The notes beneath the pieces were generated by a model, which saw nothing but the letters and a program-made list of their open reading frames with translations, searched no databases and was not told where the DNA came from. From Candidatus Delongbacteria bacterium (GTDB lineage: Bacteria; CAIWAD01): DNA of 64,000 bases. How positions within the stretch are numbered: the first letter of the stretch is position 1; each line of letters opens with the position of its first letter. The translations under genes were made by a program, and so were the position numbers. Shown here one piece after another: positions 9,973-25,370 of the stretch. The DNA is taken from contig OY760505.1 of NCBI GenBank assembly GCA_963663545.1, positions 960,001 through 1,024,000 of the forward strand, read 5' to 3'.

Positions 9973-11322
9973 TTACTCGCTGTCCTTGACCCAGCGATGC
10001 AGGACTTCGCGCGAAATGCCGATGCGCTCGGCTACATCCTTCATGCTGCCTTGGCCCAGGTATCGCTCCAGATAGGCCTTCCGTAAGCCGCTCAGAAGAC
10101 GGTCACGCGAATCGGCAAACGGCATCTCCACCAACGCGCTGAAGTCGGCTTGGTCGGCTGGCACCATCAAGCTTTGTGCTGTCGAGAAATGACCGGGCAG
10201 CAAGCGGGGGCCATCGCAGCGGACCATCGCCAATTGGACTGCACTTTCAAACTCGCGCACGTTGCCCGGCCAGTGTTGCGACCGCAGCTCGCTGATCGTC
10301 TCATCTGCTACTTCAAGATCTGCACGGGCAGGAAAATGCTTGTGCATGAAGTGCCGTAGCAAGATGGGGACATCCTCTCGTCGCTCGCGAAGTGGCGGTA
10401 TGCGAATGCGGATCTGATTCAGCCTGAAGAACAGGTCCTGCCGCAGCAGGCGTTCTTGTATGCGCTGCTCAAGATCCTGATGCGTTGCCGCGACAAGACG
10501 AAAATCGACCTGTGTATCACGTAACGCGCCTACTCGTCGGATACGCCCGGTTTCTATGGCTGTGAGCAGTTTGACTTGTGCTTGCGGGTCCATGTCGCCG
10601 ATCTCGTCCAGGAACAGGGTTCCTTTGTGCGCCAATTCCGTCAGCCCTTTCTTCGCGCTAATCGCACCGGTGAAGGATCCCTTCTCGTGGCCGAAGACTT
10701 CGCTGTTGAAGAGCTCGCGCTCGATGGCCGAAACGTTGACCTCCACAAAAGCGTGATCCTTTCGCGTTGATCCTTCGTGAATCAGGCGCGCCATCATCGT
10801 CTTGCCCGTTCCGGTCTCACCCGTGATTAACACAGCCAGGTCTGTGGCTGCCGCATTCTTGATTTCGCGCTTCAGCTGTTGCATCGCGGGTGAGTCACCA
10901 ATCAAGTTTCCCAGCGACTCCTTCAGGGCGCGCCGCAGAAGCGCATTATGTTCCTTCACTTGTCGCAGTGCAAGGCCTTTTCGTATCACATCGAGGATCT
11001 CTTCTAGCGAAGTGTTCTTGACGATGTAGTCAAATGCGCCTTGCTTCATGGCACGTACGACGGTGCGCACACCGCTTTCCTTGGTGATCATTACCACAGG
11101 AATGTCGCTGTATGTAGTGCTAAGCTTGGTCAACACATCCAGTCCGGATGCCCCGTCTCCCAGATCATAATCGAGCAAGATCAAATCCGGATCCGCCTCA
11201 GCCAAGCTGGCCAGGCCGGTCTCTCCGGTATCGGCAGTGAAACACTCATACTGCCTGCGTAGACCGTGTACCAGATCCTCTACAAATTCCTCGTTGTCAT
11301 CGATGATCAGTATGCGTTCCAT
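9973..11322 (-). CDS. Sigma54-dependent NtrC-family response regulator (REC-AAA+-HTH)
   Basis: ILIIDD/LLDY receiver, GETGTGK Walker A, GSFTGA loop, LFLDEIG, WPGNVRE, C-terminal HTH. Confidence 0.95.
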   Translation of the reverse strand: MERILIIDDNEEFVEDLVHGLRRQYECFTADTGETGLASLAEADPDLILLDYDLGDGASGLDVLTKLSTTYSDIPVVMITKESGVRTVVRAMKQGAFDYIVKNTSLEEILDVIRKGLALRQVKEHNALLRRALKESLGNLIGDSPAMQQLKREIKNAAATDLAVLITGETGTGKTMMARLIHEGSTRKDHAFVEVNVSAIERELFNSEVFGHEKGSFTGAISAKKGLTELAHKGTLFLDEIGDMDPQAQVKLLTAIETGRIRRVGALRDTQVDFRLVAATHQDLEQRIQERLLRQDLFFRLNQIRIRIPPLRERREDVPILLRHFMHKHFPARADLEVADETISELRSQHWPGNVREFESAVQLAMVRCDGPRLLPGHFSTAQSLMVPADQADFSALVEMPFADSRDRLLSGLRKAYLERYLGQGSMKDVAERIGISREVLHRWVKDSE

Positions 11323-11323
11323 A

Positions 11324-14300
11324 TCAGGCTGGTTCCACCTTTTTTACCTCCAGCAGGAAAGTTGTCCCTTCGTGCGAGGTCTCGTGTATCACAAGTCTGC
11401 CACCAAAGCGCACAAGGATTTCGCGTGAGCGATAGAGGCCATATCCGCCTCCTGATTCGCTTGTATCACCAGAAGTTTCTGTTCGCGATCTTCCGCTCCA
11501 ACCTGCATCAAAGACCCTTGCTTGCTGCTCTTCAGGAATACCAGGACCTGTGTCACGAATGAGAATCTGCAACCGTGTTGGACGTTCGACCAATTCCACG
11601 CTAAGACGTGCATCCTTACGGTTTCGCATCCAGTACACTGCGTTCGTGATCAGGTTATCCAGAATAAAATGCAGCTTGTCAACGGGAAGGCGCGCCATTA
11701 CCTGTCGCAACTCTCGTGCACAGACAATGGAGAGCTCTATACCTGCCAACTCGTCCTGTCGCTCTTTCAGGATGCGGTCTACAACATGAAGCGGCGAAGA
11801 CGAAATTTGTAGGTCAACTTTATGCTCCAGTTCGCCAAGAAGGTTCTGCAGTTGGTTCAAACGAAAGGCGAGCTCCTCCATGGCAACATCGCTTGGTGGA
11901 TCCGACAGTTTGACCAGACTATCCTCAACCTCTGTGACACGCTCACGATACTGGGCGAGTTGACTCGGTGGAAGCGGATTATCCCGCTCAGGCAATCGGC
12001 TGAACATGCGTGATACAGTGTGAAGGCTGTGAACTGTTAGCTCAAGAAAGACGCGACGCGCATCAAGAAAACGATCCAGAACATCCTCATCCAATTGTCC
12101 CTGGTGATACAAGTTCCTACTGGTTCGCAGCAAGCGATCGAGGTTGCGAGTCGCTGTACCACTATGGCCGAACTCGCGAAACAGATCTACCAGATCGAGG
12201 ATACCGCCAGGCGGCTCCAATTCTTCCTTCGTCTTTGCCTGCTTCATATTGACTCGTACGTACCACCAGACGAGTAAGGCAAAGACAGGCATGAGGAAGT
12301 AGAAGTATGGCTCTTCTGTCTTCAATCGAATCCAAACGGCCAAGCCCAAGGCGAGGAGTTCCAGCAGGGTAAGTGATACATGCGCAGGCAAAAGGACAGT
12401 CAGAATGCCACCGACGATGAGCATCCCGATCAGAATGCTGATGCGGTGTGTGATTCCCATTCGATGCGGTGTTACATTCAGCGGAAATGTCAGCACTTCG
12501 CGACTCAGGTTTCCCCAAGCATCGACAGCTTGAAGCTGAAAACGGTGAACGCCCTTGCTCAGCGTATCGGTGGGAAGCAACTCGGTCGGAATCAGTGCAC
12601 GAGGTGCTCTCCACGCAGACCATTCTCTGTCGTCAAGCCTGCAGCGCAAACGCACGGCAGTCTCCGGTGAGCTCAGCGGGTCCACAACATCCAAGGGAAG
12701 TGTATCACTAAGTTGGGCTCGCACCAGCTGTTGCACTTGCTTTGTCGCTACGATCAACGGCGCGACGTAATCCGGAACAAGGTAGCCCGTGCCCATACTC
12801 CCGGAAAGCCAAACCGTCTCTGCGTGATCCAGAGCTACCGAGCGAATGTGCTCGTGTGACAAGCCTGCACCGGGCAATGGACGACACCAACCTATCTGCG
12901 GAGAGGCGTAGTAGTAGAAGTCACCACCGGCCAGGAGCCAGTAGCGTCCACTTGCAACTAGCAGTTGCCCTACGAGCTGTCCTGGCGCACAGTTGCTCTC
13001 AGCTGCGTGGCGAACTAGTGCATCAGGATAAGCAATCGTATCGATCTCGTTGGCCGCATCCAAGTTGATCATATAATCAGCGGCACAAGCAATGATCCCA
13101 CGAAAGCCGTCATTGACTGCCATGTAAACAGGCTCACGAACACGCAGCTTGCTTATATGGCTCCCATCAAAGAAAGCAAGCCCCTGCGGCCCGGAAGCCA
13201 ATGCCAGCGTGCTTCCGAAGTTCTCCAACCACCAGATTTCTTCCTCGCCCACGAAGCTTGCTGTATCACCATCGCGGAGCAGCATTAGACCATTTGTCAA
13301 ACCGATCAACAATTCGGAAGTATCACCTCCCGGAGCGTGACACACACTACGAATGCTGCGAAGATCAAGTGTATCGGGAAGTTGTGCTCGATGATACCCC
13401 TCCTCCCCCAACTCAAGAAGAAGCTTCTGGTGGCCCTCGTCCTCAAGCAATAACACGGGATTCGATCCAGCGAGTACTTGTATCACCGTAAGATTCTGAT
13501 GGCTTGTTGTTGGCAGCAGCTGCACGTTTCCATTTGCGTCAAGCAGAACGCCATCAGCTACGTTCTCCTGAAGGAAACTGCCAGGTATTGGACTGTAGCA
13601 CAGACTAGGAATCCAGTCACATAGACGCTCTGCAGGCCAGGGCCTAGGATCCTCATGGTTTGACATATCGATGGTCGCACCATTCAAATCAACCCAACCA
13701 CGGGAACTTCGTATCACAACACCGACACCGTTTAGCCGTGTCATCAGCTCAGCTGAGGAAGTATCATCTGTTTCACAGAGTTGAAGATCCAGTATCTGTA
13801 GCTGTCCTCGTTGGAGATCTAGCTCTGCACAATGCCGCAAGCCATTTGTATCACGGCCAACGGCTAATACATGCTTGTCATCCGCAGCAAGGGACTCAAT
13901 TGTAGGAAGCGCATCTCGGAAATCTGGCGGGATCAGTGCTGGATTGCCGTTGGCATCGAACAAGTACAAACCTTGTGCTTGGCTTCCGGCAAGCAGCATT
14001 CCTTGAGGTGTGATACAAAGAGCATTTACTCGCAGTTTCTCAAGTAGCACGCGCTCGCGCCCCTGCTGGTCCATTGAAACCAAGCCGCGGTCACCGCCGA
14101 TAAAAAGGCGGCTTCCGTTTGCTAGAAGGCAACGACACTTGGATTCCAGTACGGGTGAAAGGCTTTCGACTCGGCGAAAAGCTGCGTCACGACGATAAAG
14201 ACCTCCCGCTGCCTGCACCCAAACAATGCCCTGTGGATCAACGGTAATGGCATTTACCGCACCGCCTTCATAGCCGTCCCAGACGCTTTGCATGATGAGA

Positions 14301-14464
14301 TATCGACCATCCCAACAATACAGGCCGTCTCCGTTTCCCATCCAGACCAAGCCAAGGGAATCCAGAGCAACAGCACGCAAATCCGTTAAGGATGCATGAG
14401 TCACTGAAACAGCGCTGAGCAGAAGGAGAACCAGCCGAAGCAGGAGTGTATGGAGGTGATTCAC
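11324..14464 (-). CDS. Sensor histidine kinase with periplasmic beta-propeller/Y_Y_Y-like region
   Basis: Signal peptide, propeller-like repeats (DSLGLVW, DPQGIVW), GVHRFQLQAVD, TM segments, HATPase boxes DNLITNA, DTGPG, GGYGL; GTG start at 14464 inferred. Confidence 0.85.
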   Translation of the reverse strand: MNHLHTLLLRLVLLLLSAVSVTHASLTDLRAVALDSLGLVWMGNGDGLYCWDGRYLIMQSVWDGYEGGAVNAITVDPQGIVWVQAAGGLYRRDAAFRRVESLSPVLESKCRCLLANGSRLFIGGDRGLVSMDQQGRERVLLEKLRVNALCITPQGMLLAGSQAQGLYLFDANGNPALIPPDFRDALPTIESLAADDKHVLAVGRDTNGLRHCAELDLQRGQLQILDLQLCETDDTSSAELMTRLNGVGVVIRSSRGWVDLNGATIDMSNHEDPRPWPAERLCDWIPSLCYSPIPGSFLQENVADGVLLDANGNVQLLPTTSHQNLTVIQVLAGSNPVLLLEDEGHQKLLLELGEEGYHRAQLPDTLDLRSIRSVCHAPGGDTSELLIGLTNGLMLLRDGDTASFVGEEEIWWLENFGSTLALASGPQGLAFFDGSHISKLRVREPVYMAVNDGFRGIIACAADYMINLDAANEIDTIAYPDALVRHAAESNCAPGQLVGQLLVASGRYWLLAGGDFYYYASPQIGWCRPLPGAGLSHEHIRSVALDHAETVWLSGSMGTGYLVPDYVAPLIVATKQVQQLVRAQLSDTLPLDVVDPLSSPETAVRLRCRLDDREWSAWRAPRALIPTELLPTDTLSKGVHRFQLQAVDAWGNLSREVLTFPLNVTPHRMGITHRISILIGMLIVGGILTVLLPAHVSLTLLELLALGLAVWIRLKTEEPYFYFLMPVFALLVWWYVRVNMKQAKTKEELEPPGGILDLVDLFREFGHSGTATRNLDRLLRTSRNLYHQGQLDEDVLDRFLDARRVFLELTVHSLHTVSRMFSRLPERDNPLPPSQLAQYRERVTEVEDSLVKLSDPPSDVAMEELAFRLNQLQNLLGELEHKVDLQISSSPLHVVDRILKERQDELAGIELSIVCARELRQVMARLPVDKLHFILDNLITNAVYWMRNRKDARLSVELVERPTRLQILIRDTGPGIPEEQQARVFDAGWSGRSRTETSGDTSESGGGYGLYRSREILVRFGGRLVIHETSHEGTTFLLEVKKVEPA

Positions 14465-14510
14465 TTTGGCTTCCCGTGTACTACACGAGAACAAGGTAGG
14501 TTGCCTCCGC

Positions 14511-15494
14511 TCAAGGTACAAGTGAAGGAATGCCCGAACTCCCTTTCGCAGCTTGTAAAAGTCTGAGATTACGCTGATACATGCTAGGGGTCATCCGCCG
14601 AAGTACTCTTCCGCGAGTAATGGACTCGTAGGATGCAGCTACGGCTGCTTCGTTTTCTAGATCCAGCCACTGCGCATCTGATAGCTGATGTACGAGCTCA
14701 TTTTCCGGAGCAAGAAGGCTTGTTCGCGAAGCTTTTGCGTTACGGTTCCATGGACAGACCTCCTGGCATGTATCACAACCGAAAAGCCATGGGGGTAACT
14801 GTGCCGCCTGCTCAGCGCTAAATTCAGGCGCGGATTGGCCGACACGGGCGCGATACTCGATATTCAGGGCACTGTTGCACCGGTCTGCTTTCAATTGTCG
14901 TTCTTTGTACAATGCTCCACTTGGGCACGCTTCCAGACAGCGTCTACAAGTACCACAACGCGCCTTCATTGGAGTGCCAGGTTCGTACTCCTGATTTACT
15001 ACAAGCGCCCCCAGCATCAACCAGCTTCCGTAGTCCGGGTGAATGAGCATGGTATTCTTACCAATCCAGCCTAACCCTGCACGCCAGGCAAAGGCACGCT
15101 CCAGTAAAGGGGCCGTATCCACGCAGGCGCGCCACTGCAACGCGGGAAGTTCAGTCTCAAGGCACCTTGCAACACGGGTCAACAGCTTCTTGAGCATCCG
15201 ATGATAATCTCTTCCTTGGGCATAGCGAGCAATGCGAATCGAAGAGTCTTCTTCCGGTGCTTCGTGCTTGCAGGACACACCGATCATCAGCACACTGCGT
15301 GCGCTTGGTAGCACAAATCGCGCATCGTGTCGGCTTCTCGGTTCCATGTTCAACCATTGCAGGAAGCCGTGATCGCCCCGCTCAAGTGCGCTGACAAATC
15401 GCTTCTGATGTTCATCGTGTAACACGGCAGGAGCAATTCCAGCCACATCTGCACCTGCACTAATTGCACTCGCAATCAGCTCATCTCGTCGCAA
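14511..15494 (-). CDS. queG: tRNA epoxyqueuosine(34) reductase
   Basis: IARYAQGRDYH, VDTAPLLER, GWIGKN, CGTCRRCLEACP, FGCDTCQEVCPWN; AGGAGG RBS. Confidence 0.93.
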   Translation of the reverse strand: MRRDELIASAISAGADVAGIAPAVLHDEHQKRFVSALERGDHGFLQWLNMEPRSRHDARFVLPSARSVLMIGVSCKHEAPEEDSSIRIARYAQGRDYHRMLKKLLTRVARCLETELPALQWRACVDTAPLLERAFAWRAGLGWIGKNTMLIHPDYGSWLMLGALVVNQEYEPGTPMKARCGTCRRCLEACPSGALYKERQLKADRCNSALNIEYRARVGQSAPEFSAEQAAQLPPWLFGCDTCQEVCPWNRNAKASRTSLLAPENELVHQLSDAQWLDLENEAAVAASYESITRGRVLRRMTPSMYQRNLRLLQAAKGSSGIPSLVP

Positions 15495-15601
15495 ATTACC
15501 TCCTGATTTGGCTTACATGAATAGCATTCCATCGGATGGATGATGCGGGACACTCATCTTCCTTGCCTAGGGTAATAGTGTAGATGTCTGTGCAAAAACG
15601 A

Positions 15602-15627
15602 CAAAGGCCCGCCGAAGCGGGCCTTTG
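15602..15627 (-). terminator. Rho-independent terminator of the rRNA operon
   Basis: CAAAGGCCCGC-CGAA-GCGGGCCTTTG hairpin just after the 5S, followed by T-rich sequence on the minus strand. Confidence 0.8.
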
Positions 15628-15636
15628 GAATTTTAA

Positions 15637-15752
15637 ACAGGCGGCGACCTACTCTCCCACAGAGTTACCTCTGCAGTACCATCGGCGCTGGTGGGCTTAA
15701 CTTCTCTGTTCGGGATGGGAAGAGGTGTATCCCCACCGCCATTGCCACCTGC
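15637..15752 (-). rRNA. rrf: 5S rRNA
   Basis: Reverse complement of typical 5S segments (GGCGACCTACTCTCCC, GTTCGGGATGGGAA); ends approximate. Confidence 0.95.
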
Positions 15753-15847
15753 ATTTTCTGACACCTGGTATTGAGGCAAAGGCTGATTAGGCGATTGCAT
15801 CGAAGGGTCTGTGAGACATCCCCGTCCCAGCGGGAGATGAAATTATA

Positions 15848-18799
<2,952 letters not shown>

Positions 18800-18963
18800 A
18801 AATGTCCTACAAGGATGAAGATGCCTCACAGATCTTTCGATGCATTGCAAATAACCCAAATCAGTCTTTTTAAAGACCTCATTTATACCAGATGTCAAAG
18901 AACCTTCGCCCTTGCGGACGCGCCTTCTTCTGAAAGCGAAGCCAGCTTCTCACAGCTGGCTAG

Positions 18964-19036
18964 TGGAGAATATCGGGTTCGAACCGACGACCTCCTGGTT
19001 GCAAACCAGGCGCTCTCCCAACTGAGCTAATTCCCC
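18964..19036 (-). tRNA. tRNA-Ala(TGC)
   Basis: GGGGAATTAGCTCAGTTGGGAGAGCG...TTGCAA...GGTTCGAACCC...CTCCA; CCA not encoded. Confidence 0.96.
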
Positions 19037-19062
19037 AACACGGACCCAAAGCGGCCCGATAG

Positions 19063-19137
<75 letters not shown>

Positions 19138-19222
19138 GTGTTGTGCTTAAAAGAACAAAACATAGAAGAGAACGGTCACGCCCTTGGTCTAGGTCGAGTT
19201 CCGTAGAACTCTAAACCTGTCT

Positions 19223-20763
<1,541 letters not shown>

Positions 20764-20942
20764 AAATATGGAAAGATTCCATTTGCTCGATTCATGTTTA
20801 GGAATTCAACATCTATTAGATGTCGCTTCCAGGGCCGCATCCATCCGAAAATGGACGCGGTGACGTGACCGTTCTGTCTTCTATGTCAATGAACAAATTC
20901 ACCTGCGATCTTCAGGCGATGCCCGAATCAGCGCAGACCCTC

Positions 20943-20971
20943 AACATACCACCCTCAATTCGAAGTGTCAA
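20943..20971 (-). promoter_or_regulatory. Sigma70-type rRNA operon promoter
   Basis: Minus strand TTGACA-17 bp-TATGTT, about 180 bp upstream of the 16S; boxA-like TGTTCATTGACA downstream near 20884-20895. Confidence 0.75.
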
Positions 20972-21133
20972 CAGCGTCGCTGATTTTTTCTTCGTTTTGA
21001 AAGCTGGAAAGGATCACCGCCGCTGTCCCGAAAGACATCCCCTGATCGCAAGGGCCCATCAAGATAGGCTTCCTGATGGGATATGCAAGTGATCGTCAAA
21101 GAAAATCAGAGAAAATCTCATCGCCAATACCAG

Positions 21134-23389
21134 TCAGCGAACAAAATCCTTGTATTTAAGCGGCTTCTGGCGAACTACAGCTTCAGGCTGAATTCGTAGA
21201 TCTATCTCGCCACGATCCAGATCCGTGCGCAGCAACACCACTTGAACCGGCATACCGACACGATATTCCTTACCACTGCGGCGTCCAAAAGCTCGGCCCA
21301 CTACCGCATCAACTTCCCACCAATCATCTGGCATTTCGCCCAGCGGAACCAAACCGTCCGCAAGAATCCCCGTTAGCTCGACGAAGAGACCCATCCTATC
21401 TACGCCACGCACGACTCCGTCGAAAACATCGCCGATCTTGTCCTGCAAATACAGGATCTGCTTCTGGCGAATAGAAGCACGCTCAGCCTCAAGTGCGAGC
21501 AGCTCTTTCAGATTGGACTGGCGAATGGCCGCATCGAGTGCCGTCCTTGTAGTATCCGGCTTCTCCAGCAGCGCTGCTTTCAGCATCCGATGCACCATTA
21601 GATCGGGATAGCGTCGAATGGGGCTGGTAAAGTGTGCGTAGTGGGAGAACCCCAGACCGAAGTGGCCAATTTCCTCAGTATCGTAGCGCGCCTTCATCAT
21701 GCTGCGTAGAATCTGCTCCTGCACCACCAGCTCCGCAGGTGTTCCAGCAAATGTGCCAAGAACCCGCTGCCAGTCTGCCACTTTCCCCAAATCCACAGGA
21801 TCCTTCAACCCCATCTGAGCAAGGAATTCCATGAAACGCGTCAGCTTCTCACCGCCGGGCGCGTCGTGAACGCGATAAACGCAAAGTCGCTCACGCCCTT
21901 TCAATTCCTGTGCAACGGCTTGATTAGCCAACAACATGAACTCTTCAATCAAGAAGTTTGCCTCGCGGCTTACCTGCGCACGCACCGAAAGTGGAAAGCC
22001 CTGACTATCAAGTTGAAAGCGGGCCTCGGGCAGGGCAAAATCCAATCCGCCCTGCTTCAGGCGCCTTCGCTTCAGTGTACGCCACAGACGATCCATGTGA
22101 TACAAGGACTCAACAATCGCATCGCCCTGTGACACACGATCCACGGTCCACCCGGCTGGCCTGCGCCGCGGGAATCGCTCCAAGATCTCCTGCACCTGTT
22201 CATAGGCAAAACGACGCTTTGAGCGGATGAGACTTGGTGTGAAGCGCGCACTCTTCAAGACACCTCGCTCGCTGATACGCATGATTGCGCTAAAACAGTA
22301 TCGGTCGACGCCCTCGGCCAAACTGCAAAGCCCGCTGGATAACGCGTGCGGGAGCATTGGCAGCACTTCGCCAACCAAGTATATAGAACAGCCGCGCCGC
22401 TGGGCTTCTCGGTCCAGCGAACCATTTTGGCGTACAAAGTGACTTACATCAGCAATGTGCACGCCCAACTCGTAATCGCCGCCCTCCAGCACGCGCAGCG
22501 AAACGGCATCGTCAAAATCCCGTGCATCGGCGGGGTCAATAGTAAAGATCAATTCATCGCGCAGATCCTCGCGACCCGCGTGCAACTGAATGTCATCCTG
22601 CCTGAAGCGTCCAGCCTCCTGCTCAACGGCACGCGGGAACTCTCCTGGCAGATTCAGTGACGCTTTCAACCGTAGCATCAACGTTTGTGGCGAATCCCCA
22701 GCAAGCCGGTGCAGGACCTCTACCACCAGACCGCCAGCAGCAGCAGGCTCGTCGTGACACACACGCGCTTGGACCGTATCACCGGATACAGCACCATCGG
22801 GCAAACGCCCCTTAACGTGAATGGTACCGGCGAAGCTCGCACTCAAGGGAAGGAGAACCCAACCCGCACCATAACGCGCCAATCGTCCAACCATCTGCTC
22901 AAGCCTGCGCTCGATGAGTTGTATCACACGGCCTTCGGCGCTGGGACCGCGGCGCCCCGGTAGCAGCTCGATCTCGACAATGTCTTCCTGCAAATACCTG
23001 GCAAGCTGACTCCGTGCTACAAACACTTTTTCGCTGCCATCGTCTGGTAACAGGAAAGCGTGGCCACTGCGAGTAAAACTAAGCGCGCCCACCAATCGCT
23101 TCATGGGCCTTCCGGATTGCCAGCGGCGAAGTTTATCGCGTGAGACACGGCCTTCGCTCTCGAGTTCATCAAGCAGACTCCTGAATTCTCCATAGGGAAG
23201 CGGACGGCCCAGCAGGTTATAGAGCGCGCGACTTTTGTAGCCGCGCGAAGAGTCTTTTAGAAAGGAGACAACTTTTTCTGTCGTATCACGCCGGTGCGCG
23301 CCAGCCTTCTCAGCCGGTGTTGGCGGCGGTCCTTGAGGATGACTATGGGGCGCAGTAGGGCGCCGGCGTCGCCTGCGTTGGTCTTTCAC
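21134..23389 (-). CDS. rnr: Ribonuclease R
   Basis: FTIDPADARDFDDA, VHIADVS, IEEFMLLAN, HFTSPIRRYPDL, C-terminal S1 domain. Confidence 0.93.
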   Translation of the reverse strand: MKDQRRRRRRPTAPHSHPQGPPPTPAEKAGAHRRDTTEKVVSFLKDSSRGYKSRALYNLLGRPLPYGEFRSLLDELESEGRVSRDKLRRWQSGRPMKRLVGALSFTRSGHAFLLPDDGSEKVFVARSQLARYLQEDIVEIELLPGRRGPSAEGRVIQLIERRLEQMVGRLARYGAGWVLLPLSASFAGTIHVKGRLPDGAVSGDTVQARVCHDEPAAAGGLVVEVLHRLAGDSPQTLMLRLKASLNLPGEFPRAVEQEAGRFRQDDIQLHAGREDLRDELIFTIDPADARDFDDAVSLRVLEGGDYELGVHIADVSHFVRQNGSLDREAQRRGCSIYLVGEVLPMLPHALSSGLCSLAEGVDRYCFSAIMRISERGVLKSARFTPSLIRSKRRFAYEQVQEILERFPRRRPAGWTVDRVSQGDAIVESLYHMDRLWRTLKRRRLKQGGLDFALPEARFQLDSQGFPLSVRAQVSREANFLIEEFMLLANQAVAQELKGRERLCVYRVHDAPGGEKLTRFMEFLAQMGLKDPVDLGKVADWQRVLGTFAGTPAELVVQEQILRSMMKARYDTEEIGHFGLGFSHYAHFTSPIRRYPDLMVHRMLKAALLEKPDTTRTALDAAIRQSNLKELLALEAERASIRQKQILYLQDKIGDVFDGVVRGVDRMGLFVELTGILADGLVPLGEMPDDWWEVDAVVGRAFGRRSGKEYRVGMPVQVVLLRTDLDRGEIDLRIQPEAVVRQKPLKYKDFVR

Positions 23390-24246
23390 TCATGCCTCCA
23401 GGCAATGACGTAGCGATCCCGGCCCGCCAAGTCATGTATCACTTCAACACTCCGGCAAACCGGCTCAAACAATGCTTGAACCTCTGCGCCTTGGTCAGCT
23501 CCGATTTCGAACACGGCCATGCCTCCTGGGCGCAGCCAGGAGTCGAGTGTGGCAGCAAAGCGTTTGTAACACGAAATGCCTGCTGTATCACCGTCGAAGA
23601 GTGCCATGCGAGGTTCGTGTTTCAGTTCCGGCTCCAGCGATGCTTCGTCTTTCAGACGAACGTAAGGCGGATTGCTAACCAACACATCTACGGGTGAAGG
23701 CGGAAGCTGTTTGTGCAGATCCAGCTTAGCAAAACTCACGCGCGCGCCAACACCATTGCTCCCTGCGTTTTCACGAGCCAACTCAAGCGCCTCAGAGCTC
23801 AGATCAAAGGCCTGCACCTGTGCTCCAGGAATCTCCTGCGCCAGAGAGATGGCCAGGCACCCGCTACCCGTGCCCACATCTGTGATACAAATGCTCGCAT
23901 TAGGATCAGGAATGTGTTTCAGTACCAGATCAACTAGCCCCTCGGTTTCGGGGCGGGGAATCAGCACCCGCGCGTCCACGCGCAACTCTGCATTGCGGAA
24001 AGGCTGACTGCCCAGGATGTACTGCAGCGGTTCGCGACGGCCACGCCTAGCTAGCAACGCACGCAGAGTGCCCAACTCATCGTCGTTCAAGGGCCGGTCA
24101 AACTCCATATAGAGATCAAGACGCGTGCAACCCAAACCATGAGCAAGCAGTTCCTCTGCCTCTCTACGCGCATTGGTGATGCCGCGCTTGGCCAGCCACT
24201 CCGTACTGCTGGTCAGAATCTCAAGCAGACCGGGACTGGCGCTCAT
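23386..24246 (-). CDS. prmC: Release factor glutamine methyltransferase
   Basis: EPLQYILG, VLIPRPETE, DVGTGSG, SNPPY; directly after prfA. Confidence 0.96.
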   Translation of the reverse strand: MSASPGLLEILTSSTEWLAKRGITNARREAEELLAHGLGCTRLDLYMEFDRPLNDDELGTLRALLARRGRREPLQYILGSQPFRNAELRVDARVLIPRPETEGLVDLVLKHIPDPNASICITDVGTGSGCLAISLAQEIPGAQVQAFDLSSEALELARENAGSNGVGARVSFAKLDLHKQLPPSPVDVLVSNPPYVRLKDEASLEPELKHEPRMALFDGDTAGISCYKRFAATLDSWLRPGGMAVFEIGADQGAEVQALFEPVCRSVEVIHDLAGRDRYVIAWRHE

Positions 24247-25335
24247 TCACCCATTCTCCCCGGAGTCCAGTCCAGCTGATTCCAGTCGCGAACTCATGTC
24301 CGCCATACGTAGGCCACTTGTAAGCTCATCGAGATCACCATCCATCACGTAATCCAGCTTATAGAGCGTCAGGTTGATGCGATGGTCTGTAACACGATTC
24401 TGGGGAAAGTTGTACGTGCGGATCTTAGCACTGCGGTCGCCGGTGCTGACCTGGCTCTTGCGATCCAGATCGAGCTTGGCTTTCTCCTCAGCCATACGCG
24501 CTTCCAGCAGGCGGCTGCGTAACACGCGCATCGCCTTGTCCTTGTTCTTGTGCTGGCTTTTCTCGTCCTGGCAAGTGACCACCAGGCCGGTGGGAAGGTG
24601 CGTGATACGCACTGCGCTATCAGTAGTATTCACACTCTGTCCGCCGGGGCCACTGGAGCGGTAGACGTCGATGCGCAAATCCTTGGCCTCGATCACCACG
24701 TCCACTTCCTCGGCTTCCGGCAAAACGACGACGCTGGCTGCCGATGTATGTACACGGCCCTGGCTTTCTGTGGCCGGCACACGCTGCACACGGTGAACAC
24801 CGCCCTCGTATTTCATCCAGCCAAAAACTTCTTCGCCGTTGAGCTGAAAGATGACTTCCTTGAAGCCACCTGATCCGCCTTCGGTAGCTGAGATTTGCTC
24901 CAGCTTCCAGCGGCGGCGCTCGCAGAAACGCTGATACATGCGCAACAGGTCGGCGGCGAATAACGCGGCCTCGTCTCCGCCCGTTCCTGCACGAATCTCA
25001 ACCAGGCAGTTGCGAAAGTCCATTGGATCACGCGGCACTAGCAGCAGCTTCAATTCGGGCTCAAGCCGTACCAGATTTGCGGAGGCCTCGTCGAGCTGCA
25101 TTTCGGCCATCTCGCGCAGCTCAGCATCATCCTCGCTGCGCAACATCTGCCGTGCTTCATCTCGCGCCTCAAACGCCAGACGATACTCGCGACCAAAACT
25201 GAGAATCTCACCCAGCCGCTTGTGCTCGCGAGAGATATCACGATAGTGGCTCTGATCAGCAATCACATCCGGATTGCCGAGCTCATCGCTCAATTGATTG
25301 TATCGCGTCTCGAGACGCGCGATTCGATCGAGCAT
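24247..25335 (-). CDS. prfA: Peptide chain release factor 1
   Basis: GTGGDEA, PAT tripeptide, GGQ motif. Confidence 0.97.
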   Translation of the reverse strand: MLDRIARLETRYNQLSDELGNPDVIADQSHYRDISREHKRLGEILSFGREYRLAFEARDEARQMLRSEDDAELREMAEMQLDEASANLVRLEPELKLLLVPRDPMDFRNCLVEIRAGTGGDEAALFAADLLRMYQRFCERRRWKLEQISATEGGSGGFKEVIFQLNGEEVFGWMKYEGGVHRVQRVPATESQGRVHTSAASVVVLPEAEEVDVVIEAKDLRIDVYRSSGPGGQSVNTTDSAVRITHLPTGLVVTCQDEKSQHKNKDKAMRVLRSRLLEARMAEEKAKLDLDRKSQVSTGDRSAKIRTYNFPQNRVTDHRINLTLYKLDYVMDGDLDELTSGLRMADMSSRLESAGLDSGENG

Positions 25336-25370
25336 CCCAGGCCTCCTTGCAGACTGAATTCAGGGTTAAG

